Positions 45,201-54,476 of a stretch of 64,000 nt of DNA are shown here, in pieces (within the stretch, counting starts at the first letter, position 1; the number at the start of each line of letters is the position of its first letter). Below the pieces are notes generated by a model. That model was given only the letters and a program-made list of their open reading frames with translations. It was not told where the DNA came from and did no database searches. The position numbers and the translations under genes were made by a program. Origin of the DNA: an uncultured Streptococcus sp. (GTDB lineage: Bacteria; Bacillota; Bacilli; Lactobacillales; Streptococcaceae); NCBI GenBank assembly GCA_963521495.1, contig CAUQVK010000001.1, forward strand, positions 34,221 to 98,220. Reading direction: 5' to 3'.

Positions 45201-47671
45201 ACTGATAGACTCGTAATCTTACTACCATTTGTCATCGAAACAGGAATAGTTGGGATAGCTTGTCCTTCTTGCCAGCTTTGATTGGAAATAGGATTTAACC
45301 CATCCACTACTTCGAACTTATAGGTACGAGCTGGGACATTGGCTCCAAAGTGTCCATCCTTTGCTGTAGCCGTGATAGTATGAACACCCGCAGGCAAGGT
45401 ATGGCCATTTTGTTTGATAATCTTCCACTTGGTCGGATCCTCAGTGTCTGGAACAATCTCGACTCCATCAGGTCTACTATTAACCGTTAAAGTCGCATTC
45501 GCTTTATTCAATACCAAGTTTCCTAGGTTCTGTTCCTCATTCGAGATAGGCACAGCTACTGGAATTGGATTCGTAACTCGATACAGCTTATCCGCATCAA
45601 ACATAACATCAGCATTGGTTAAAGTATGATTACCAGCAGAACTGTTATACTCTGATGGAGTATTTCCATGTGGTGTTGTTTGTGATACTTCCCTAGTAAC
45701 AATATTTAAGTGATGATTGGTTACTCGCCCAAGACTATCCGTCACTTGAAAATCAAGAAAATAGGTTCCAGCTTTAGCTGGAAGGTTTTTGAAGTTTAAA
45801 CGATAGGGGGACCTTAGCTGACTACTGCTAGAGCCAGTTGTGTCGAAACTTACATAAGTTTTATCTGTTAAGACATCTTTTCTGGATGAATTAATGTTGG
45901 AGACAAAGACATTATCTGCAGTTGCGGGACCATCTTTTACAAATTCAACCTTAACACCTGGACTACCTCCAGTCTGCTCTAGTTTAGTAATGGTTACAGG
46001 TGCAGTATTGCCTATAATATTATAGTTATATCTCGAATCTCGTAAAGCCAGCCAAAGGTTAGAAGTATACTGAGGACTATCCGGTCTTGCATCTGCTATT
46101 GTTTGTGCTTTGTTAGGAGAATTTAAAAAATAACCAAATGGAGTCACTGTCATATAAGCTGTATGGCTAGCTTCATCGTAGTCAACAGAATTTGTTTCTT
46201 TACCCTGGCCATAACCATCAACCAACTTATAAATAGGCGGTATAGGCCATTCTTCTATCGTTAGATTAGCTGTGATCCTAGTGTAGGGATCTGCTTTGGA
46301 CTGAACTCCGATTGTATAGGTTCCACCTTGAAGCGTATTATCCAAGGTGACAGTCTTGGTCAGATACCGTTCATCTTTACCACCATCATTAAACACAAAC
46401 CCTAATCGTTTCGCATCTGGAGTTAATTCAACTTCATTGGGCTCGATATTTGTCAAGCCCACCTTATACTTCAACTCTACGGTAGAACCATCTTTTTTAA
46501 ATTTGTAATCGCGGTCATCACGATATTGTTCACGCCCAAAATACCGCTCCAAGGTCATATACGGAGCTTCATTATGAGGCTTGACTGTAACTGTTGTCGT
46601 ATAGGTTTGATTGTTATAAGTGAAGCCGACATTGTATGTACCAGGCTCTACCGTAACTGGAACATATCCAGATAGGGCGAGACTATAGTAGCTATTTCCT
46701 GACGGATTACTAGTCTGTTTTTCTATAATCCTTAAACCTAATTTTCGAGCAGCTTCATTTACAATTGAACCTATAACACTACTATATGGACTATAATTAT
46801 AACGACTGTGTGGTGCAAGATCGGTAGAAATATCAAACTCGACTTTAGGTGCAGTTCTTGCTCCGTAGGAATAAACCGTTTTTGACCCTGTTGTCGGAAT
46901 TAGCACAGCTGGTTGACTCGTCGTCTCTGTCTCCAACATATAACTAAGGTTACCTGAATGCCCCATTTTCTTGAGTTGATTCCAGACTGCTTCGATAGCT
47001 TCTGATAAGTTCGTGTAAGATGGAGCAAAGGATGTATTTGAAGCATCTATTGACTTGAGTGAATTTTTGGCTTCTGTTAGAAGCTGATTAGAGCGACGTA
47101 GAGCTTCTCCAATGGCAGCTTTTTGACTTGAGTCTGTCAAACTACTTAGGAACTTTTCAGCTTCTTTCGTCACTACCTCTGCTTCTAAGATGGTTGTTCC
47201 CAATTGTTCCTTGTCAGGATTTGTAACTTCTTCCTTTTCCTCCAATTTCGCCAGAGGAGCCTCTACTAGTGGTTTTTTATCGGATTCTTTATGAACAGCC
47301 TCTGTCACTTCTTTTGACAGCATGTCTGGCTGAGCTTTTGGATCCTTTTCTGTAGAAACTGCTTTTTCTGAATTTGAAATACTTGCTTCAACTGACGGTT
47401 GAGTTTCAACTGGTTTTTCTGCCAATTGATCTGACTCAGGTCTAGGAACAACTTGATTTTTATCAGTGTCTACAGTAGTTGCTTCTACCTTGGGTTGAGC
47501 TACTTCAGCATCTGGGTCGTTTTGCTTTTCCGTATGGACACCTATCACTTCACTGGCGCGTACGACTGGCGCATTGGCTACAGCACCAATAAAGAATTGC
47601 CCAATCAAAACAGATGCCACACCGACACTGAATTTCCTAATGGCAAACTTTTGACGTTTTTCGAATTTCAC
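42263..47671 (-). CDS. Large sortase-anchored surface protein (YSIRK signal, Ig-like repeats, collagen-like segment, Pro-rich stalk, LPNTG)
   Basis: GTG start with GGGAG RBS; FAIRKFSVGVASV; repeated LPxGxxYD...TISGTP units; 14 Gly-X-Y triplets; LPNTG plus hydrophobic stretch plus KRKED tail. Confidence 0.93.
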   Translation of the reverse strand: MKFEKRQKFAIRKFSVGVASVLIGQFFIGAVANAPVVRASEVIGVHTEKQNDPDAEVAQPKVEATTVDTDKNQVVPRPESDQLAEKPVETQPSVEASISNSEKAVSTEKDPKAQPDMLSKEVTEAVHKESDKKPLVEAPLAKLEEKEEVTNPDKEQLGTTILEAEVVTKEAEKFLSSLTDSSQKAAIGEALRRSNQLLTEAKNSLKSIDASNTSFAPSYTNLSEAIEAVWNQLKKMGHSGNLSYMLETETTSQPAVLIPTTGSKTVYSYGARTAPKVEFDISTDLAPHSRYNYSPYSSVIGSIVNEAARKLGLRIIEKQTSNPSGNSYYSLALSGYVPVTVEPGTYNVGFTYNNQTYTTTVTVKPHNEAPYMTLERYFGREQYRDDRDYKFKKDGSTVELKYKVGLTNIEPNEVELTPDAKRLGFVFNDGGKDERYLTKTVTLDNTLQGGTYTIGVQSKADPYTRITANLTIEEWPIPPIYKLVDGYGQGKETNSVDYDEASHTAYMTVTPFGYFLNSPNKAQTIADARPDSPQYTSNLWLALRDSRYNYNIIGNTAPVTITKLEQTGGSPGVKVEFVKDGPATADNVFVSNINSSRKDVLTDKTYVSFDTTGSSSSQLRSPYRLNFKNLPAKAGTYFLDFQVTDSLGRVTNHHLNIVTREVSQTTPHGNTPSEYNSSAGNHTLTNADVMFDADKLYRVTNPIPVAVPISNEEQNLGNLVLNKANATLTVNSRPDGVEIVPDTEDPTKWKIIKQNGHTLPAGVHTITATAKDGHFGANVPARTYKFEVVDGLNPISNQSWQEGQAIPTIPVSMTNGSKITSLSVESDGEHLYLSPNADNTGLTGYALKRTDTPQTAIVTATYTNNEGQSRQIKTSFTYRVTPRPVSDLTLSVTHDKQTVSEGTKFADMLVTATEGATVTVGTLPDGVLYDSNSKTLSGIGLYEGHYVIPVTATKDGASITKVVDLTVTPGNFSVPEASYTYTAGEAIPQITLKIPKNATVGSDGGTLPRGLSWSADRKTITGTPTQVGSFRVYGYVNRTTAAGTNQSAYAYVNITVKSVSLNFSIPDNTKTVKALDELPPIKLQADGALLTITSGELPPGVNYDAATKTVSGTPTKVGTYTATFTATSPTISGNSTASATLTINVTPRDLTVAVENKEQEKTVLTAIGDVVLTPSDAKARLEVDTSQLPPGVTYDSATRTISGTPSKVGEYLIPYKATFPEMAASPVDGGHIKINVRPLLVSINVTEKEQTIRLGETIKNMVVSHSEHSDLGARYLSVDLPETDLDSYLESTAGLNYNAATHTISGTPTKPGVYKVRLKATLDSETLGKGSAEEIITVTVVDDPISLDIKNDRQMIALGKTGLRPITFSVPAGATLTVDKTKLPDGVTYDESAKTISGTPTVAGAFDIPVTVTSTGGKSLTKDITIDVVDLTPPTPTVTVKENNDGTHTITISQPGGKPVETIIKNGKDGETPKVKVDRDETKKETTLTFYSDKNANNQFDEGTDTVLGTSVIKDGQDGAVGPKGDKGDQGIQGERGQDGAHGLPGQNGRDGKDGRSPRIELKPIYPEQPRSARRARSVDEDRATTQPATKPIGVHITVYYDNDNTLTYTAGDTLISEEDIYNGVDGRDGRDGKDGTCNCTVNPTPVQPGTPGTTPSEQPKPESGRITPPSDKPVKPESKPDPKPETGKPNTPGSGTPNTGTPETGTPDTPGAGTPNTGKPGTDKPEPGIPSTNNQTVLDSHTSDTVEIPNAVSVTSETNTQIPDYGTSGMLPNTGSQTDVISILLGSGILLTLYVAKRKED

Positions 47672-48100
47672 TTCTATTCTCCCTTATTATTTTTTCGAGT
47701 TCTTTTATCAAACAATAATAAACATATATTAAATCATAAGAAAATGTGCATTTACTACCTATTTTACTATTTTAATACTTTCTGAATAAAAATCAACAGA
47801 TATCCACGGTTTCCTTTAACACCAAAAGTAAGAATAACCACTAATAATGAATTTATCACAAAGCAAAATACACAAAAATAATAACTATTCATTTTATTAA
47901 GTATTTTTTCTCTTTATACGCATATTTACCCCCCCCCATGAAATATTGGGAGTTCTTTGTGAAATACAACATTTTTATTATAAATTTCAATTTCTAGATT
48001 CAGAGATAGACAAAGTCCACTTCCCAATTATTGTAGGGTGAAATTCTTGCTATTTCCCATTTACTGAGTAGCAACTTCATTTCACGCTTGATAGCAAACA

Positions 48101-48158
48101 AAAAGACTCCATAAAATCTGAAATGGATCTTAGCCACTACAGATTTTATGGAGTTTTA
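48101..48158 (-). terminator. Long inverted repeat/terminator downstream of guaA
   Basis: actccataaaatctg / cagattttatggagt stem with A/T flanks. Confidence 0.7.
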
Positions 48159-48210
48159 TTATCTTAACGCTGTTAAATCAAGGATTCTTAGCCTAAGTTA
48201 CTCTTATCTA

Positions 48211-49773
48211 TTATTCCCACTCAACGGTTGCAGGTGGTTTACTTGTAATATCGTAGACGATACGGTTAACGTGATCCACTTCGTTTACGATACGTACTGA
48301 GATTTTTTGAAGCACTTCCCATGGAATTTTGGCAAAATCAGCAGTCATACCATCGATAGAAGTGATAGCACGGATTGCAATCGTATAGTCATATGTACGA
48401 CCGTCACCCATAACCCCAACTGAACGAACGCCTGTGTTAACTGTGAAGTATTGCCAGATATCGCGGTCAAGACCTGCTTTAGCAATTTCCTCACGAAGGA
48501 TAGCGTCTGATTCACGAACAGTTTCAAGTTTCTCTTCAGTGATTTCACCCATGACACGGATAGCAAGACCTGGTCCTGGGAATGGTTGGCGCCATACGAT
48601 ATGGTCTGGCATACCAAGCTCTGTACCAAGGGCACGAACTTCGTCTTTATAGAGAGTGTTGAGTGGTTCAATCAATTCAAACTGCATGTCTTCTGGAAGA
48701 CCACCCACGTTGTGGTGTGACTTGATAGTTTGAGCTGTATCTGTACCAGACTCGATAACGTCTGTGTATAAGGTACCTTGAGCAAGGAATTTCACATCTT
48801 TGAGCTTGCTTGCTTCGTCATCGAATACATAGACAAACTCGTTACCGATGATTTTACGTTTTTGTTCAGGGTCAGAAACGCCAGCAAGTTTGTCAAGGAA
48901 ACGTTTAGCAGCGTCTGCTTTGACGATATTCAAACCAAACTTACCACCAAGCATGTCCATAACTTGATCTGCTTCTCCTTTACGAAGAAGACCATGGTCT
49001 ACAAAGATACAAATCAATTGATCGCCAATCGCTTTTTGGAGAAGAACTCCAACAACTGAAGAGTCAACACCACCTGATAGACCAAGAAGGACACGTTTAT
49101 CGCCGACAGTTTCACGAATTTTTTGGATCTGCATATCAATGAAGTTATCCATTGACCAGTCGCCTTTAGCCTTACAGATGTTAAGGGCAAAGTTACGAAG
49201 GATATCATTTCCGTATACAGAATGACGAACTTCTGGGTGGAATTGGATACCGTAAATGTGTTTATCTGGGTTTTCGATGGCTGCATATGGGCAGTCAGCT
49301 GATGTACCTGTACGAACAAAGTCAGAAGGAATCTCAGTAACCGCATCACCATGGCTCATCAAAACAGTCTGTTCATCAGGTGTTGATTCAAAAAGAGCTG
49401 ATGGTGTGTGAGTAAGAGTTGATTGACCGTATTCACGATTCCCAGCGTCACCTGCAGGAACAACTTTTCCTCCAAGTTTATGGGTCAATAACTGCATACC
49501 ATAACAGATTCCCAAAATTGGAATTCCAAGTTCGAAGATTTCTGGGTCAATATCGAATGAACCATCTTCATATACAGAGTTTGGACCACCTGAAAGGATG
49601 ATTCCTACAGGGTTGATTTCACGAACTTCAGCAGCTGAAATTTTATGACTTTTTAGTTCTGAAAAAACACCAATCTCACGGATACGGCGTGAAATCAGCT
49701 GGTTGTATTGGCTACCATAGTCCAATACGATGATTTTTTCTACATCTTGCAAATCAGTTGAAATGTTGCTCAT
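48211..49773 (-). CDS. guaA: GMP synthase (glutamine-hydrolysing)
   Basis: [38 protein letters not shown]. Confidence 0.99.
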   Translation of the reverse strand: MSNISTDLQDVEKIIVLDYGSQYNQLISRRIREIGVFSELKSHKISAAEVREINPVGIILSGGPNSVYEDGSFDIDPEIFELGIPILGICYGMQLLTHKLGGKVVPAGDAGNREYGQSTLTHTPSALFESTPDEQTVLMSHGDAVTEIPSDFVRTGTSADCPYAAIENPDKHIYGIQFHPEVRHSVYGNDILRNFALNICKAKGDWSMDNFIDMQIQKIRETVGDKRVLLGLSGGVDSSVVGVLLQKAIGDQLICIFVDHGLLRKGEADQVMDMLGGKFGLNIVKADAAKRFLDKLAGVSDPEQKRKIIGNEFVYVFDDEASKLKDVKFLAQGTLYTDVIESGTDTAQTIKSHHNVGGLPEDMQFELIEPLNTLYKDEVRALGTELGMPDHIVWRQPFPGPGLAIRVMGEITEEKLETVRESDAILREEIAKAGLDRDIWQYFTVNTGVRSVGVMGDGRTYDYTIAIRAITSIDGMTADFAKIPWEVLQKISVRIVNEVDHVNRIVYDITSKPPATVEWE

Positions 49774-49905
49774 CTTTTTCCTTTCTCAAAAGAAATATCT
49801 TTTTTCAATATTCTATCACAAATAAGGGCGAATTACCAACTAAACAAGGCGAAGTTTGACTTTTTCTAGTTTATTGGGGTACAATAGAGAAAAGATAGAA
49901 ATGAA

Positions 49906-50613
49906 GTGAAAAATATGCTACCCGCTTATATGAAAATCCATGATCAGATTAAAAAGGATATTGACGAGCATCGTTGGGCTATTGGGGAGAGACTTCCTAG
50001 TGAACGAGATTTAGCAGAGCAGTTCGAGGTCAGCCGCATGACCCTCCGCCAAGCCGTATCTCTATTAGTCGAAGAAGGCGTCTTAGAGCGCCGTGTAGGA
50101 AGCGGCACCTTTGTTTCCAGTACTCGAGTACAAGAAAAGATGCGAGGGACAACCAGTTTTACTGAAATTGTTAAGTCCCAAGGTAAAGTACCCTCTAGCC
50201 AGCTCATTTCCTACAGAAAAACCATTCCCAATGAGCAGGAAGTTGCCAAGCTAGGAATTTCTCCAACGGACAATATTATCCGAATGGAGCGGGTTCGCTA
50301 TGCGGATCAAGTTCCTCTGGTTTATGAAGTTGCTTCTATTCCTGAAAAATTCATTAAGAACTTTAAAAAAGAAGAAATCACCAGTCATTTCTTCCAGACT
50401 CTACAAAAACACGGCTACCGTATCGGTAAATCACAGCAGACCATCTATGCTCGCCTTGCTAAAGAAAAAATTGCCCACTATTTGGAAGTTGAAAAAGGAC
50501 ATGCTATTCTTGGTTTGACTCAGGTTTCCTACCTAGAAGATGGTACTGCATTTGAATACGTAAAAAGTCAGTATGTAGGCGAACGTTTTGAATTTTATCT
50601 TGAAAACAATTAA
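49906..50613 (+). CDS. GntR-family (HutC/UTRA) transcriptional regulator
   Basis: LPSERDLAEQFEVSRMTLRQAV, GSGTFV, UTRA-like C-terminus. Confidence 0.93.
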   Translation: MKNMLPAYMKIHDQIKKDIDEHRWAIGERLPSERDLAEQFEVSRMTLRQAVSLLVEEGVLERRVGSGTFVSSTRVQEKMRGTTSFTEIVKSQGKVPSSQLISYRKTIPNEQEVAKLGISPTDNIIRMERVRYADQVPLVYEVASIPEKFIKNFKKEEITSHFFQTLQKHGYRIGKSQQTIYARLAKEKIAHYLEVEKGHAILGLTQVSYLEDGTAFEYVKSQYVGERFEFYLENN

Positions 50614-50719
50614 TACTCTTCGAAAATCAAATTCAAACCGCGTCAACGTCGCCTTGCCGTACTCAAGTACAGCCTGCGGCTAGTTTCCTAGTTTGCTCTT
50701 TGATTTTCATTGAGTATAA
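50611..50719 (-). repeat. BOX element (boxA-boxC, no boxB)
   Basis: Reverse complement reads TTATACTCAATGAAAATCAAAGAGCAAACTAGGAAACTAGCCGCAGGCTG...GGTTTGAATTTGATTTTCGAAGAGTATTA. Confidence 0.93.
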
Positions 50720-50761
50720 AATACTACATAAAACCTCTCTGTCACATACAAAGAGGCTTTT

Positions 50762-51658
50762 TTATTTTTCTAAGAGCAAATCTTTCAACGAAATCAAAGT
50801 TACTGCAATTAAAATCATTGCCATGCCAAGAAAATCAATGGGATAAAATTGTTCATTCATAATTAGGAAGGCAAAGAAAACCGCCGAGATTGGCTCAATT
50901 GAAGCCAACAAACTTGACTTAACCGGTCCAATCAGACTGGCTCCTTTTAAGAACGCTGTATAGGCAAAGACAGTTCCAATAAGGATAATGCCTGCGAACG
51001 CAAGGAGAAAATCAAGACTTGTTGGGATAGTTGCCTGTAGAACCCCTGTAAAAGGAAGGGCGACTAAACCAGCTGTGACCATTCCCATACCAATGACCAA
51101 ACTGCTCCCCCACTTCTTAATCAAGGCTATTGGCAAAATAATATAAAGGGCGTAAGTCAGAGCAGAAAAGAGACCCCAGAACAGACCTGCAGGGGTAACT
51201 GATAACTGGTCTAACTGCCCATGCGTTGCAATCAGATAGGTCCCTCCTATAGCTAAAAATATGGAGATAATTTCAGCAAAAGTTGGTGCCACCCTATCCT
51301 TGATACAGCTATAAACCAAAATTCCAACTGGGCAGACATACTGGAAGACTGTTGCTGTACCTGCATTAGTTTTCTCAATAGCCGTAAGATAGGCCAACTG
51401 ATTTAGGAACAAACCAATCAAGGCAAAAACTAAAAGCGACAACAAGCTCTCCTTGTCTCTTAAAAAGTCCTTCATTTTATTCTTGTCAGTTACATAGGAT
51501 AAAAACATTAAGGCCCCTCCTGCTATTAGAAGGCGAAGATTTGTCAAAACAAGAGCAGAAATCCCATGTGCCATCAAATACTGACCACTGGTTCCCGACA
51601 ATCCCCAAGCAATACCTGCTACAATTGTTAATAAAAATCCTTTTAAACTATTAGACAT
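50762..51658 (-). CDS. DMT/EamA family transporter
   Basis: Ten hydrophobic segments, WGLSG, SLLASIEP. Confidence 0.9.
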   Translation of the reverse strand: MSNSLKGFLLTIVAGIAWGLSGTSGQYLMAHGISALVLTNLRLLIAGGALMFLSYVTDKNKMKDFLRDKESLLSLLVFALIGLFLNQLAYLTAIEKTNAGTATVFQYVCPVGILVYSCIKDRVAPTFAEIISIFLAIGGTYLIATHGQLDQLSVTPAGLFWGLFSALTYALYIILPIALIKKWGSSLVIGMGMVTAGLVALPFTGVLQATIPTSLDFLLAFAGIILIGTVFAYTAFLKGASLIGPVKSSLLASIEPISAVFFAFLIMNEQFYPIDFLGMAMILIAVTLISLKDLLLEK

Positions 51659-51666
51659 ACGTTTCC

Positions 51667-52602
51667 TTACTCTTCCTTACGAATCAAATCCATAACTTTA
51701 TTACGATCTAAAATCCATTTGGCACGGTCATCTTTATCGTAAGTTCGATTAGACAAGAAAATAGCTGCTTCCTGCTTAATACGGTTCCACATAATAAAAG
51801 TCCCAGTATAACCTGTATGATCTAACCAATCCCCCTCCAAATTCCATGCCAAAGAACGTTCCTTGTCATCCAAAGGAGAAAAATTTTTACTCAAATCTCT
51901 TGCAAAATCATCTGCTAAATAGTGTTCTAAAAAGATTTGTAAATCCTTTACAGTCGAAAACAAACCAGCACTTCCAGCATGTTTTCCTAAGATAGCAGCC
52001 TTAGGATCATGAACACTACCTGCTTTTACTCCTCTAACTGTTGGAACAGCAACAGAAACAGGGCCAAATCTAGTCTCCATCATATCCCAAGACTTAAATA
52101 CTTGATCATGTAAGATCGCATCCAAATCCTTATTAAAAATCTGCTCCAAGATAAATCCCAAAAGCAAAAAGTGAACATCTGAATAAAGAAAGGCTGACTT
52201 TTCTCGTCTATTTAGATGAAACATCGCTTTCTTTAATTCTTCAGCTGATAATTGGTCTCGATTAGGAATAAAGGGGTCCAGATCTGTAGCATGAGTCATG
52301 AGCTGACGGAGTGTGATATCTGGATAATCACAAGTTGCTAAAAAGTCCGTCACAGGTCGATCAATATCGAGTTTCCCTTGGTTCCAGAGACAGATGAGAA
52401 GGGTTCCCACTCCAACCACCTTACTGACACTAGCTAAGTCATATACTAGGCCTGCCTCAGTCATCAGACCATGCTCCGGGTCACTTTGGCCTAAGTAGAT
52501 TTCACTCCATTGATGATCCTTAAAGTATGCAAAAGAGGCTCCGGGATAAATCCCTGCCTCGATTTGTTCTTCTATTTTTTTAATAATCTTGGTCCACTTC
52601 AT
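51667..52602 (-). CDS. Serine hydrolase, beta-lactamase-like fold
   Basis: DLASVSK (SxxK), LMTH, YSD, HTGYTG. Confidence 0.88.
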   Translation of the reverse strand: MKWTKIIKKIEEQIEAGIYPGASFAYFKDHQWSEIYLGQSDPEHGLMTEAGLVYDLASVSKVVGVGTLLICLWNQGKLDIDRPVTDFLATCDYPDITLRQLMTHATDLDPFIPNRDQLSAEELKKAMFHLNRREKSAFLYSDVHFLLLGFILEQIFNKDLDAILHDQVFKSWDMMETRFGPVSVAVPTVRGVKAGSVHDPKAAILGKHAGSAGLFSTVKDLQIFLEHYLADDFARDLSKNFSPLDDKERSLAWNLEGDWLDHTGYTGTFIMWNRIKQEAAIFLSNRTYDKDDRAKWILDRNKVMDLIRKEE

Positions 52603-53324
52603 ACTTCTTCAAACCACAATTCAATATTATTTTGGTCTTTGCTGAGAAAGAACTTTTCAGACTTAGGTACAAAGTAATCTACAGATTCGAAACGACGACA
52701 TAAACTATCAATATCAAATTTCTTAACTTGTAATTTGAGCATAGATAAATCCCAAGTAAGATTGTTTTCAACAGCTAAATCTTGTCCTTCTGACTGAATA
52801 AAGTCTATTGATGATGCATCTTCTATTGATTGCAAGAAACTATTACTACCTTTTGGAAGGTTTAATTCCAGAGATATTTCAAATTGACTCAACTTAGGTC
52901 TTTCATACATACCTTTAAATTCTGGATGATTTTCCACTACTACTAAACTTGTTATGTCTTCTTCCCCATGAATCAAAACCAAATCATCTTCTGGTGAGTA
53001 AATCTCAAAAGCATAGCCATTTTGCCCCTTATATAATTGATGAATCGAATTTGTTTTAGATAAGAGTCCTTCAATTTCTAAGGGATTTTCCACCTTGACA
53101 ATCAATCTAGCTAATTTTTTTCTTCCCTCTACCTTACGAGTGCGCATACTTGGAGCTTCTTCTAAAACCAGCTTTTCTAGACCTGTTTGATCACCTAGTG
53201 ACAGAAAGGCTGATTCTTCTAACAAGGCCTTCATCCCTAGTGTCTCAATGTAAAAAGTTTCATTCAATTTTCGATTATTAACTTTTAAAGTTGGTATAAT
53301 CCCTACAATATGATTTACATTCAT
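52599..53324 (-). CDS. cppA: CppA family protein (putative C3-degrading proteinase)
   Basis: IIPTLKVNNRKLNETFYIETLGMKALLEES, LEEAPSMRTRKVEGRKKL; ATG 53324 follows GGAGG (track start 53336). Confidence 0.85.
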   Translation of the reverse strand: MNVNHIVGIIPTLKVNNRKLNETFYIETLGMKALLEESAFLSLGDQTGLEKLVLEEAPSMRTRKVEGRKKLARLIVKVENPLEIEGLLSKTNSIHQLYKGQNGYAFEIYSPEDDLVLIHGEEDITSLVVVENHPEFKGMYERPKLSQFEISLELNLPKGSNSFLQSIEDASSIDFIQSEGQDLAVENNLTWDLSMLKLQVKKFDIDSLCRRFESVDYFVPKSEKFFLSKDQNNIELWFEEV

Positions 53325-53447
53325 AAAATCCTCCATTACTTTATTATTTTAATGGATTTTAGAAATTTTTACAAGATATTATGCTCAGGATACCGATTTT
53401 TTCACAATCTGACAATAAAAAAACCGAGTACCCCCGGTTTCATCTTC

Positions 53448-54317
53448 TTATAGATAAAGAACTTTAAATACTGCTACTGCCGCAATTGCAGCTAGGATTG
53501 GTGCTGCTACTGGTACCCAAGAGTACCACCATTTTGAATCGCCTTTGTGCTCACCAAGAACTGATTTTGGAAGGAAAGCATGAAGGAGACGTGGTCCCAA
53601 GTCACGGGCTGGGTTCAAGGCAGGTCCTGTAGGTCCACCAAGTGATGTTACCAAAGCCATAACAAGGAATCCAAGTGCCAAGTGAGCTACTGAAAGTCCT
53701 GAAGCAGTATGTGGTGCTACTTGGGCTTTGATTGCTAAATCAGAAAAGTCAACATTTTGACCTGCTTGACTAGCCATTTGTTTCATGTATTGAAGCACTT
53801 CAGAACCAAAGAAGTTTTTAGTCATACCAAGGGCTGCGAAGAAAAGAACAAATGAACCAACAAACTCATTTACAAAACCATTAACAGTTGCTGCAAAATG
53901 TGATTCTTTTGTACCATTATCCAAACTTGAAATTGTTGAGAAAGTACCCAAAATGTTGTTTGGATTTTCAGTTTTCAAGTAGTATGGGCGGTGTGTTGCC
54001 ACAACCAAGGCTTGACCAAAGATAGCACCCAAAACTTGTGCGATGATATAAGGCGCAACTTGAGCCCAAGGGAAAAGACCGCTGATTGCAAGTCCAAGAG
54101 TGAAGGCTGGGTTGATGTGGTTTCCAGATACGTTACCAAACATTAATGCTGGGATCATAACCCCCATACCATAACCAACAGCGATAACGATCCAGCCACT
54201 TTGGTGACCTTTCGTACCTTTAAGTTCAACGTTGGCAACTGCACCATTTCCAAGAATGATCAAAATAGCAGTTCCCAAAAATTCAGTGGCATATTTAATT
54301 GCCCATGTGAAATCCAT
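53448..54317 (-). CDS. MIP-family aquaglyceroporin (GlpF/Gla-like)
   Basis: SGNHINPA and ALNPARD motifs. Confidence 0.93.
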   Translation of the reverse strand: MDFTWAIKYATEFLGTAILIILGNGAVANVELKGTKGHQSGWIVIAVGYGMGVMIPALMFGNVSGNHINPAFTLGLAISGLFPWAQVAPYIIAQVLGAIFGQALVVATHRPYYLKTENPNNILGTFSTISSLDNGTKESHFAATVNGFVNEFVGSFVLFFAALGMTKNFFGSEVLQYMKQMASQAGQNVDFSDLAIKAQVAPHTASGLSVAHLALGFLVMALVTSLGGPTGPALNPARDLGPRLLHAFLPKSVLGEHKGDSKWWYSWVPVAAPILAAIAAVAVFKVLYL

Positions 54318-54405
54318 TTGATAGATTCTCCTTAAAATTTTTTAGACAATCCTTATTCTATCAATTTTTATATCTTTTAGCAACTACTTTTCCGAAAGAT
54401 TATTT

Positions 54406-54421
54406 AAGAAAGCGGTTTTAT
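54406..54421. promoter_or_regulatory. Possible cre (CcpA) site upstream of the aquaglyceroporin gene
   Basis: AAGAAAGCGGTTTTA resembles the cre consensus with central CG. Confidence 0.4.
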
Positions 54422-54476
54422 TTCTTATATAAAACAAAAGGATTAAGGGAGTGAATTTCCTTAATCCGATAGTCTC

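Noticed and set aside
47453..47785. 110-aa plus-strand ORF over the adhesin start
   Set aside because: Antisense overlap with the YSIRK signal region and AT-rich promoter; composition is not protein-like.
51667..52602. Possible beta-lactamase resistance gene
   Set aside because: Cytoplasmic (no signal peptide) SxxK serine hydrolase in a conserved chromosomal cppA operon; the fold alone does not imply resistance.
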